From: Candidatus Nomurabacteria bacterium
Lineage (GTDB): Bacteria; Patescibacteriota; Saccharimonadia; JAGOAT01
Reading direction: 5' to 3'
NCBI GenBank assembly: GCA_020639315.1
Contig: JACKGM010000001.1
Span: 18,511 to 82,510 of the forward strand
DNA length: 64,000 bases
Shown: one piece after another, positions 1 to 7,427 of the stretch
How the letters are laid out: each line of letters begins with the position of its first letter
Position numbering within the stretch: the first letter of the stretch is position 1
Notes under the pieces: generated by a model
Databases searched by the model: none
The model's input: only the letters and a program-made list of their open reading frames with translations
What the model was told of the DNA's origin: nothing
Translations under genes and position numbers: made by a program

Positions 1-466
1 AGCTGTACCCTAGATTACCAATCATGGTATTACGAAAGAAAGGCAATGCATAATAATAAGCCATACCTAATCCTGGCAAATCTTTTGTATACATATCACC
101 AAATGCCCAAACCGCAAAATTGGTCACCAAAAAGAATATCAATCCATTGATTAAAGCAAAGCTCGCTATACTGAGAATAGAACGATTATTTCTAAGGTAG
201 CTACTAGCAAGAGTAATCGCTAAAAGTGATCCATAGACTGACAGCATAATCTCTGCTTGATAAAATCCTAGCCAAAGGTCTCCGAGCAACATCCCTACTA
301 TTCCGACTACCCAAGCAAATCTTTTGCCCTGATAAATACTTGAAAGCATAATGATTGCGCCGACTGGTACCAGGTTGTAAGCGTGCGGTAATAATCTACT
401 TGCAACGATTATTGCTATCAAGATACTTCCTAGTAAAACCCGCCTTAAATCATACCGCTCAAACAT
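1..466 (-). CDS. Multi-pass membrane protein, C-terminus cut by window edge (ECF S-component/DUF6580-like is only a guess)
   Basis: Minus-strand frame is open from the ATG (rc of 464-466) to base 1. My translation MFERYDLRRVLLGSILIAIIVASRLLPHAYNLVPVGAIIMLSS... is a series of hydrophobic helices. It is absent from the ORF track because it runs off the window. Confidence 0.6.
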   Translation of the reverse strand, partial: MFERYDLRRVLLGSILIAIIVASRLLPHAYNLVPVGAIIMLSSIYQGKRFAWVVGIVGMLLGDLWLGFYQAEIMLSVYGSLLAITLASSYLRNNRSILSIASFALINGLIFFLVTNFAVWAFGDMYTKDLPGLGMAYYYALPFFRNTMIGNLGYS

Positions 467-590
467 TGCTTATTGCCTCCCTCAGCTTTGGTTATTTGGT
501 TATTTGGTTAATTGTCACTCAATTGTAACACATGTGGCATGCCCAAAACAAAACCAACCTTTTACCTCTTTCCCAAGACCTCAAAATTTT

Positions 591-650
591 CGGGGTCTGA
601 CCCCGAACTCGACATTGCTAACAGATATAAATCGTCGGGGTCTGACCCCG
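591..650 (+). repeat. Twin-palindrome module, type C (CGGGGTCTGACCCCG x2, 45-bp period, core AACAGATATAAA)
   Basis: Palindromes at 591-605 and 636-650. It lies in the divergent region upstream of the GalT-like gene. Confidence 0.9.
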
Positions 651-683
651 AAGTAGGGATTTTGGGGATGGGATGATAAAATA

Positions 684-1655
684 ATGCTTATGTCTAACTA
701 TTTGACGGACCTACCGAGTGACTTAGTCTACATTGACACGAACCCGGAGCTAAGACGAGGGTACTGGTTTGGTGAAGAGGTAGTAATTGCTCCCAAAAGA
801 GGCAAAAGACCCCACGAAGATAGCTCAAGTATCTCTGAACCCCAACTCAAACGCTCAGAAATCGGCCTTAAACTAATCGCTGAGCCAGCTATAGATCAGA
901 TTGAAGACATAGATGGCAACTGGCTGGTCAAGTCGATAGCCAACGGCTTCCCTACGATTACTGAAAATAACCCCAAGGCTAGAGGTCAGCAAGAGATTAT
1001 TATTGATACCCCAGAGATTGATAAAAACTTTGAAGATCTAGATATTGGACAATTGGTCAACCTGTTTAGCTTTTATCAGGCTCGATCCCGGGCCCTTAGC
1101 CGACTGCCTGACATTCGCTATGTCTCGATCTTTAAAAATCAAGGCATCCACGCTGGAGCTTCAATCGCTCACCCCCATACCCAGGTCTTTGCTCTCGAAT
1201 GGATACCAGAAAAAATCCAAAGACAACATCGTCAACTATCAAGAATAGACTCACCGAATCCGATCCAAGAGACGATAGAACAAGAACTTTCTAAGGCTAC
1301 AAGAATAGTCACACAGACTGAACGTTGGACTGTATTTTGTCCTTATGCAAGCATCAATCCGATGGAAGTCTGGCTAATCCCAGCCAGAGAAATTTTGGAA
1401 TTCTCCCACCTGGATCACCTTGAGATTACTCAACTCACTGGGTTGATTTCGCCTTTAGTCAAACGACTTGGAGACTCAGGAATAGACTTCAACCTGCTAA
1501 TCGAAAATGGGCTCATGAACCCTGATAGACTGATTATCAAGTTGATCCCCCGGGGACTAATCAACTCTGGAGGTTTTGAACTGGGTACCAATATTATTAT
1601 CAATCCTGTTTCCCCTGAATCAGCTACTAGCTGGTACAGACAAGGTTATTTGTGA
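684..1655 (+). CDS. Galactose-1-phosphate uridylyltransferase-like nucleotidyltransferase (HIT superfamily, GalT branch)
   Basis: 323-aa ORF with an HxHxQ motif (SIAHPHTQVFAL) and an N-terminal GEEVVIAPKRGKRP segment typical of GalT-type enzymes. TGATAAAAT at 674-682 suggests the functional start may be ATG 690. Confidence 0.6.
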   Translation: MLMSNYLTDLPSDLVYIDTNPELRRGYWFGEEVVIAPKRGKRPHEDSSSISEPQLKRSEIGLKLIAEPAIDQIEDIDGNWLVKSIANGFPTITENNPKARGQQEIIIDTPEIDKNFEDLDIGQLVNLFSFYQARSRALSRLPDIRYVSIFKNQGIHAGASIAHPHTQVFALEWIPEKIQRQHRQLSRIDSPNPIQETIEQELSKATRIVTQTERWTVFCPYASINPMEVWLIPAREILEFSHLDHLEITQLTGLISPLVKRLGDSGIDFNLLIENGLMNPDRLIIKLIPRGLINSGGFELGTNIIINPVSPESATSWYRQGYL

Positions 1656-1667
1656 TAAACTTACTTC

Positions 1668-2687
1668 ATGACCAAAGATAATTCACCTAGCTCTACAAAA
1701 CCCAGCAATAAATCCCCTTTGGGCCAAGATGATTACAAATTGCCAAAAATCACTCACCCCAACAAGGATGACCTGGAGCTTATGTTTAATCTAAACTTTA
1801 ATCACTTCCTGTCAAGATTTAACGAACATAATATTGATCAAGCTACTGTTGCCAAGCTGGTCACCAACCTCTACAAACAGTCCCGCAGAGACCAAGCCTA
1901 CAATGACTTGCGTAAACTATTAAAGAAAGCCAACCTAGATAAAAATGACTATAACTACTGGGCTGCAATTCGTGAATACCAATTACTTGATGATAATCTA
2001 ATCTACCTATATCAAGATCTCGATGGTCAAGCAGGATCCAAACTAGTCAATCGGATTGCTTGGCAGGCTGGCAAGACTGGTGTTAAGGAATTTGATGCCA
2101 AATCAACTTTTGAAAAGCTGGCTCAGGTCAACTTGGTGATTGAAACAATTACAGGGAATATGCTAGAGAGTGTCTATCAAGATTTTAAAGATAAAAAATC
2201 TAGCAATCAAAACAAAAAAGAATATGCCAGCTCAAGAGTATATATTTTAGAGCTTGCCTCAATCGCTCAAACTATCATCAACTGGCTAGTCAACCATGAC
2301 TATCAAATCATCGAGGATAACTCGGCCCAAAGACTAGCGGTCGCTTCATTGATTCTGGCAAACCAGCTCAATATCATTGTCAACCCAATGATGCCAAACT
2401 ACTATATTTATAATGACCTTCTGAATGCTCTAGAATATCCTACACCCGAAGAAGCGGACTTTAGATTGCAAGTACTGATGAAGGAATTAATCCAAAGCTC
2501 TCCTGCTATTGAGTTCCTACTTGCCAATTTGCCAACAGTACCAAAGCAGTGGCAAGAAATTATTGCAGAATATAGCAAAATCTTGGATTTAATTGACCCA
2601 AATAACCCCCCAGAGTTTCCCAAGCCTCAGCCCAAACAAAAGCCTGACGCTGATAAGAAAGTCAAGAAAAAATCAGATCAAAACTAG
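1668..2687 (+). CDS. Hypothetical protein
   Basis: 339-aa ORF starting 12 nt after the previous stop on the same strand. The C-terminus is Lys/Pro-rich (PEFPKPQPKQKPDADKKVKKK). No motif recognised. Confidence 0.6.
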   Translation: MTKDNSPSSTKPSNKSPLGQDDYKLPKITHPNKDDLELMFNLNFNHFLSRFNEHNIDQATVAKLVTNLYKQSRRDQAYNDLRKLLKKANLDKNDYNYWAAIREYQLLDDNLIYLYQDLDGQAGSKLVNRIAWQAGKTGVKEFDAKSTFEKLAQVNLVIETITGNMLESVYQDFKDKKSSNQNKKEYASSRVYILELASIAQTIINWLVNHDYQIIEDNSAQRLAVASLILANQLNIIVNPMMPNYYIYNDLLNALEYPTPEEADFRLQVLMKELIQSSPAIEFLLANLPTVPKQWQEIIAEYSKILDLIDPNNPPEFPKPQPKQKPDADKKVKKKSDQN

Positions 2688-2800
2688 TCCTAATACTGAG
2701 ATCAGATGCTGAATCTCCTATAATTTGCTCTAAAGGAAATTTGGTTTGGTGACGCTACGGGAAAACGATATTTTGGAAGATAACGAAAATATAGCACAAG

Positions 2801-3766
2801 CTAGCTAGAGATATCCCGAACCTCTTTACCGGCCTTGATATCATCAAAAATCCCAAAATAGATTTGATACTTATCTTCCAATTCAGCTAGCTGAGTATTA
2901 TGTTGATCGGCTAGAGCATTATACCTATCGACTTGATCATTATACCCAGCTACTCGACTATTGTACTCAGCAATCTGCCCCCCAGCCAGTAGTCGTTCTA
3001 ACTCGGCATTCTGAGTAGTAAGATCCTGATACCTAGCCTCAAGTAAAATACTGCTCTGGTCTAAATCACTAGCCAGGGTATTGATTTGATCTAAAATTGG
3101 TCGAAATATCCGATCAAACTGTCTAGAAGCATCGACAATTCCTTCCCTATTATCCAATATTTCTTGATAAGACTCTAGAATAACTGGATAAGCCTGATAT
3201 TGGGCGTCTTCTAGCTCTGATCCAGCAATCGCATACAATTCTCTATGCTGATCCTGCTCTGGCAGATCACTATAGCCAAGAAACCTTTGATCTCGATAAT
3301 CCGGATCCAGACTAGTCCAAAAATCATTCAACTCATTGTCAAGAGTCAGCTTTTCACTATCAGACTGCAATTGGTATTCGAAGTGTAATACCTCGTGTAC
3401 CAGCACAGCTAGCTGATAATCTTTGATTTCTGGCTCCTCAATATCAAGTAAATAAATCCTATACTGTGAGCCGTTGTCAGAAAAAAAACAGCCAAAGATT
3501 AACTCTGTCTCCCCTTCACTTCCTTCTGGGCATTTTTCCGTCAGAGTCTGGTAATCTACAATTTCAGGGTCTGATTGCAAAAATACTGACAGACCGTGAT
3601 GGCTAAGACCTGCTTTTTCTCCCAATTCAACAATCGATGCACTACCTTCATAGCTGTAGATGACAAACTGATCATATAGCCACTGTCTTCTTAAATATCC
3701 AAGAATAGCTAGCCCCATCAGGGTGATAATAAACAAATACTTTAAAGTTGTCGATAAGTACTTCAT
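2801..3766 (-). CDS. Membrane-anchored putative zinc metalloprotease-like protein
   Basis: 321-aa ORF with an N-terminal TM helix (LFIITLMGLAILGYL) and an HEXXH motif (VLVHEVLHFEY). The C-terminal third is Q/E/L-rich and coiled-coil-like. Confidence 0.5.
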   Translation of the reverse strand: MKYLSTTLKYLFIITLMGLAILGYLRRQWLYDQFVIYSYEGSASIVELGEKAGLSHHGLSVFLQSDPEIVDYQTLTEKCPEGSEGETELIFGCFFSDNGSQYRIYLLDIEEPEIKDYQLAVLVHEVLHFEYQLQSDSEKLTLDNELNDFWTSLDPDYRDQRFLGYSDLPEQDQHRELYAIAGSELEDAQYQAYPVILESYQEILDNREGIVDASRQFDRIFRPILDQINTLASDLDQSSILLEARYQDLTTQNAELERLLAGGQIAEYNSRVAGYNDQVDRYNALADQHNTQLAELEDKYQIYFGIFDDIKAGKEVRDISS

Positions 3767-3823
3767 GACTTCCTAATACTTAAGCCAATCTCCACTGATT
3801 TTCAACTCCAAAATAACCCAACA

Positions 3824-4354
3824 CTACCCTAGCCTTTCTGCCATCCAGTGCAACTCGTCTAGTGCTTGCCCTACTTCTTTTTGCTTGCTATCATCGATCG
3901 GTTCTCCAGTCTGCTCATCAAAAAATCCATAAGAATTACTAAAGTGAATATCAATTGACAACGCCACCATTCCCATCTGCCTGACAGCCGAAAGGATACT
4001 TTCTATTGCCCGAACGCCACCAAATCCTCCGACCGATACCCCAGCAAAAGCTACAGGTTTATGTAGATAATTTGACAACTCTGTATCTAGTAGCATTTTG
4101 AGACTACCTGCAAAACTGTGGTTATATTCTGGTAAGACCAAGAGGAAAGCATCTGCCCACTCAGTTAGCTTAGTATACCCAGGATTCTTATTATCAGGGT
4201 CATTGCCCTCGTGGGGACTAGGATAGTCTTCAGGACAAATTAGTTTGACCTTATATCTACCGTCTTTGCTAGCTAGTTTTTCAATATATTTGGCAGCGTA
4301 GATAGAGCGTCTTTTTTCTCTCACACTTCCTTCGATAATCAAAAGGTTTTTCAT
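3824..4354 (-). CDS. NAD(P)H-dependent FMN reductase family oxidoreductase
   Basis: Flavodoxin-like FMN_red pattern: MKNLLIIEGSVREKRRSIYAAKYI... and LVLPEYNHSFAGSLKMLLD. I place the start at MKNL (rc ATG 4352-4354), 1 nt after the glutaredoxin stop, rather than at the track start 4402. Confidence 0.75.
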   Translation of the reverse strand: MKNLLIIEGSVREKRRSIYAAKYIEKLASKDGRYKVKLICPEDYPSPHEGNDPDNKNPGYTKLTEWADAFLLVLPEYNHSFAGSLKMLLDTELSNYLHKPVAFAGVSVGGFGGVRAIESILSAVRQMGMVALSIDIHFSNSYGFFDEQTGEPIDDSKQKEVGQALDELHWMAERLG

Positions 4355-4355
4355 A

Positions 4356-4604
4356 TCACGATAATCCAAGAGCAATATCAAGCTTGGGCTTATCAAAGCC
4401 AAGGATACCGACTACAGAACCATCGTCTTGCTCTACCTTGATACATGGCACTCCCAGACTATTACAAGTCTTGATAGCCTCCTGTGCCTTTCCTGGATGA
4501 TCGTCGAGAAGTACTTCTTCGAAATCAACTTTTTTTGAGTTGAGATAGTCCTTTGCCAGATGGCAATAGGGACAGGTTTTGGTTGAATAAATTGTTACTT
4601 TCAC
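4356..4604 (-). CDS. Glutaredoxin/NrdH-like thiol-disulfide oxidoreductase
   Basis: 82 aa with a CPYC redox motif near the N-terminus (STKTCPYCHLAKDYL). Size is consistent with a thioredoxin fold. Confidence 0.8.
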   Translation of the reverse strand: MKVTIYSTKTCPYCHLAKDYLNSKKVDFEEVLLDDHPGKAQEAIKTCNSLGVPCIKVEQDDGSVVGILGFDKPKLDIALGLS

Positions 4605-4605
4605 T

Positions 4606-4911
4606 TTACTCCTTTCTACTAATTAAATTTTTATCCATACTGATGATTTGCGATATTTGTTGATATCCCTCAAAGCTCTGGCTGACCTGATAGCAGACTT
4701 TCTTACCTGCCCGAATATGCCTGATCAGGCCAGAGCTTTCCAAAATCCTTAGCTGCTGGGAAACAGCTGAGGTACTGACTCCTAGCTGGTTAGCCAGTTC
4801 ACTGACACAGATCCCAGGATGATTGTGCAGTAAACCATAGATTTGATAGCGAGACTGGTCACCTAGGGCCGAAAAAATAGTCTGGATTTCTAAGCTAATT
4901 GGTTTAGACAT
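4606..4911 (-). CDS. ArsR/SmtB family transcriptional regulator
   Basis: Winged-HTH signature ELANQLGVSTSAVSQQLRILESSGLIRHIRAGKKVCYQV. Start placed at MSKPISLE, because TATAAT (rc of 4918-4923) lies 6 nt upstream. Confidence 0.8.
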   Translation of the reverse strand: MSKPISLEIQTIFSALGDQSRYQIYGLLHNHPGICVSELANQLGVSTSAVSQQLRILESSGLIRHIRAGKKVCYQVSQSFEGYQQISQIISMDKNLISRKE

Positions 4912-4932
4912 ATTTTGATTATAAATCAAAAT
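4909..4932 (-). promoter_or_regulatory. arsR promoter with overlapping near-palindromic operator
   Basis: Minus strand reads TTTGATTTATAATCAAAAT-ATG. TATAAT lies 6 nt before the ATG and is embedded in the inverted repeat TTGAT-N5-ATCAA. Confidence 0.45.
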
Positions 4933-5080
4933 AACATTGAAGTAAATGCTTAAATCAAAAGGACAACCACTGGTTGTCTATTCCAGCAGAAGGTTTGTAT
5001 TTTCTGCCTAAGTGGTTGCCCATTTCAATTACAAACCACCTGGGGCAAAGCCCACATACTGGAATAGACTCTTCTAATGT

Positions 5081-5143
5081 AAAACTAGCTTTATAGACTC
5101 TAGAGTTGAATCGGAAGTCTGGTTTTGTTTTTAACTTACTATA
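5081..5143 (-). mobile_element. MITE family B, terminal fragment
   Basis: AAAACTAGCTTTATAGACTCTAGAGTTGAATCGGAAGTCTGGTTTTGTTTTTAACTTACTATA. It is preceded by an unrelated 94-bp foldback (4976-5069; GTCTATTCCAG...CTGGAATAGAC). Confidence 0.8.
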
Positions 5144-5167
5144 TAGGAATATTGGCTTAGAATTAAA

Positions 5168-7129
5168 CTAACTAGCAGCCATAGGTGTTTGATTGAGAGC
5201 AGCGGGCCTATCGTCCTCTCCCTTTAACTGCAGAGTACGTTTCCCAAACCCAGCTGGGTTGGCAAAGCTATGATTGAATGAGGGTGCATTCCTATGACGC
5301 CCTTTACCTTCTCTTCGAGTAACTGCCATACTTGTATATGCACCGCCATCACATATCTGTAAAATTCGACACATCTCCATAAAGGCATTTATTTGTTCAT
5401 CCGTTATTTGCTCTAAGCCATAAAATTTTTGTAGCGTCGAGATCGCTAACTCTCTCATTGCTTTTTCTGCATATTCATCAGCTCCTGCTACATTGATTTG
5501 AAATGCTAATTCTTCTCCATCTCCAATAACTGCAAGCAGTAGCTCCTTTAGCCCTGTATCTACTCCCAGCTTATCGAAGAAAGCATCTGCTTGGTTCACA
5601 TTATATTTTTTCTGTAGGTGCTTTTCATTACGAGCAGAAGCAGCAGGCTTTCCAAGGTCGTGAGCTAAAATTGCTAATCGTAATGGCTTGAGTAACTCAA
5701 CTGGTAATTTGTCCGCAAAGTTTTCATCAAAATTGCGCAAAACTGTTTCAGTATGTTCAGCAAGAGTGAATCCTTCCCAGTTGCCTGTCTCACTTCCGAA
5801 AATTTCACCATAACCCTCTAGCGTCCTTGCAGCCTCTACTAATCTTTCGGGTTTAACATGCAAATCATCGAGTAGACTTATAAGTAAGTGGTTTTCTCTC
5901 GGTTTTTCACCTAGTACGCCGATACTAATGGCCATATTGCCCAGTAGTCTCCATCTCTCTTTACGGCTAGCTTTCAGATCCTCTGTGGTAGTAGTTTTTT
6001 CTAAGTCAAAAAAGGTTACTATTGAAAACGATCGACCTAGAGTACCTGATTTAATATGCTGTCTAGCACCAACAATATGTGCTTCTCGTAGGAACCGCTG
6101 GATATATTCCATATTTATGGGTACTAACTGTTCCTGATCATTTATCTTAAGCTCGGCTGTGACTATACCATCTTGGTGCTCTAATAACTGATTAATGAAG
6201 TATATAGGATACCTACTAAGAAGAGAACGAGCGTTAACACTACCTGCTAGCTGTAATACAACCGATTCTTCTACATTCGCCATACTGGCTATCGAGGTGA
6301 TATCTTCGGCATTGAAGTAACCTTTTTGTGGTAGTTTTTGCATTGCAGTCGATATTGGCAGAGCCTTATCCCGATCTTCGAAATCAAGGGGTGACCCCTC
6401 AGCTACTGGTATGAGTAAGCTCTTCATTGCCTCCAAGTATTGTGTTTTTGCTTCTGGATCAAGCTTAGAAGGATTAAATGTAAAATCCATTACAGTGGCT
6501 TCAGTATCTGGGCTTGTAATCTGATGTAGTTCTACTTGGCTGCCAGGTACCACTTGCCTTAATAAATAATCTCTCTGCTCAGGGGATAACCGTTGCTCGA
6601 GATATTCGGCTTCACTATGCCTTCGGAGGTCACCAAACTCTAGTGGTATCAACTTACCATGTTGATCTAATAATCTATTATAATATTCAGTACTCACAAA
6701 CTCTGGATCTTGTTTAATTTTTTCCTGCAATCGTAGTTCACGTTCACGATTACTACGATCAAGCCACTCTTGCTTCTCTTCTGGTGTATAACTATCAACC
6801 TTATTTAAAAAATATTGATAATAAGCTCCGCCATCCTCTTGTCGTATACGGTGTTCAGCAAATTCTTTTGCTATATCACTATTTGCAGTATACAGTGCTG
6901 GTCGCTGATTTAGATTTAGGTTACCAGTATTATTCCCACCGTTGCTGAAATTAGGGTCAACCGTCCATTGATCTGGTTTATCCGTCTCGCCAACACGACC
7001 ATGGTATGTCTCAAGTTCGGATAGGGGTATAAGCACCCCTAGTTCCCTTAGCGTATGTAATGCACGAAATTTTTCGGCATCCTCCATACTGCGTGAATGC
7101 TCAGTTCTGGTTTGAAATTGTTCTGACAT
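5168..7129 (-). CDS. Large HD-domain protein with uncharacterised N-terminal two thirds
   Basis: About 653 aa from MSEQFQT. The C-terminal HD phosphohydrolase motifs are EHTETVLRNF...LAILAHDLGKPAA. The N-terminus contains YHGRVG...RPALYTANSDIAKEFAEHR, which recalls RES/ART-fold hallmarks (weak). Confidence 0.7.
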   Translation of the reverse strand: MSEQFQTRTEHSRSMEDAEKFRALHTLRELGVLIPLSELETYHGRVGETDKPDQWTVDPNFSNGGNNTGNLNLNQRPALYTANSDIAKEFAEHRIRQEDGGAYYQYFLNKVDSYTPEEKQEWLDRSNRERELRLQEKIKQDPEFVSTEYYNRLLDQHGKLIPLEFGDLRRHSEAEYLEQRLSPEQRDYLLRQVVPGSQVELHQITSPDTEATVMDFTFNPSKLDPEAKTQYLEAMKSLLIPVAEGSPLDFEDRDKALPISTAMQKLPQKGYFNAEDITSIASMANVEESVVLQLAGSVNARSLLSRYPIYFINQLLEHQDGIVTAELKINDQEQLVPINMEYIQRFLREAHIVGARQHIKSGTLGRSFSIVTFFDLEKTTTTEDLKASRKERWRLLGNMAISIGVLGEKPRENHLLISLLDDLHVKPERLVEAARTLEGYGEIFGSETGNWEGFTLAEHTETVLRNFDENFADKLPVELLKPLRLAILAHDLGKPAASARNEKHLQKKYNVNQADAFFDKLGVDTGLKELLLAVIGDGEELAFQINVAGADEYAEKAMRELAISTLQKFYGLEQITDEQINAFMEMCRILQICDGGAYTSMAVTRREGKGRHRNAPSFNHSFANPAGFGKRTLQLKGEDDRPAALNQTPMAAS

Positions 7130-7276
7130 ATTTTTATTTTTGAAATTATTTACAGATAAGCGTAACAAAGATTTTTAGACTTGTCAATCAAGTCAAATCC
7201 TCCAAAAGCGTGAAATATTATCGACAATTATTCATCCCTACTCTATTTTATCTTCAAGAATTCCACTCTTTCCTTT

Positions 7277-7360
7277 GTCACCAAACTAAATTTCCACTAT
7301 CTTCCTGGGTCACCAAATTAAAATCCTGCAAGGATTTATGGTAGATTCAGTATTTGAATT
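7277..7360 (+). repeat. Family-A hairpin repeat cluster (degenerate GTCACC variants)
   Basis: GTCACCAAACTAAATTTCCAC... and GTCACCAAATTAAAATCCTGCAAGGATTTATGGTAGATTCAGTATTTGAATT. Confidence 0.75.
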
Positions 7361-7412
7361 GAGGCCTTTGGGGGGGGTAACACTAATTACTCTGGGAAAA
7401 AAAATGCCAAAA

Positions 7413-7421
7413 TGGTAAAAT
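7413..7421 (+). promoter_or_regulatory. Extended -10 promoter (TGGTAAAAT) 6 nt before the pepN ATG; predicted leaderless mRNA
   Basis: Sequence TGGTAAAAT-CCTAAT-ATG. No purine-rich SD. Confidence 0.55.
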
Positions 7422-7427
7422 CCTAAT

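Noticed and set aside
591-650. Type C/D/E palindromes as rho-independent terminators
   Set aside because: The palindromes are 7-1-7 (type D is 6 bp with a 3-nt loop), which leaves essentially no loop. They lack a following T-tract, come in phased pairs, and sit upstream of genes rather than downstream.
5928-6137. Antisense or nested track ORFs inside long genes (for example 1045..1248, 2408..2623, 5928..6137, 7827..8009, 9335..9646, 9960..10223, 13493..13702, 15056..15271, 15600..15809, 16347..16620, 17321..17506, 19326..19532, 21291..21811, 25646..26053, 26766..27023, 28043..28379, 30672..30911, 31186..31407, 33402..33969, 34140..34379, 43792..44073, 47145..47444, 48056..48459, 49481..49983, 54290..54496, 55147..55344, 56400..56621, 57692..57874, 60559..60789, 61004..61548)
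   Set aside because: Each is fully or largely contained in a longer ORF with clear family motifs or better context. They have low-complexity or Ser/Leu/Pro-rich translations typical of off-frame reading.
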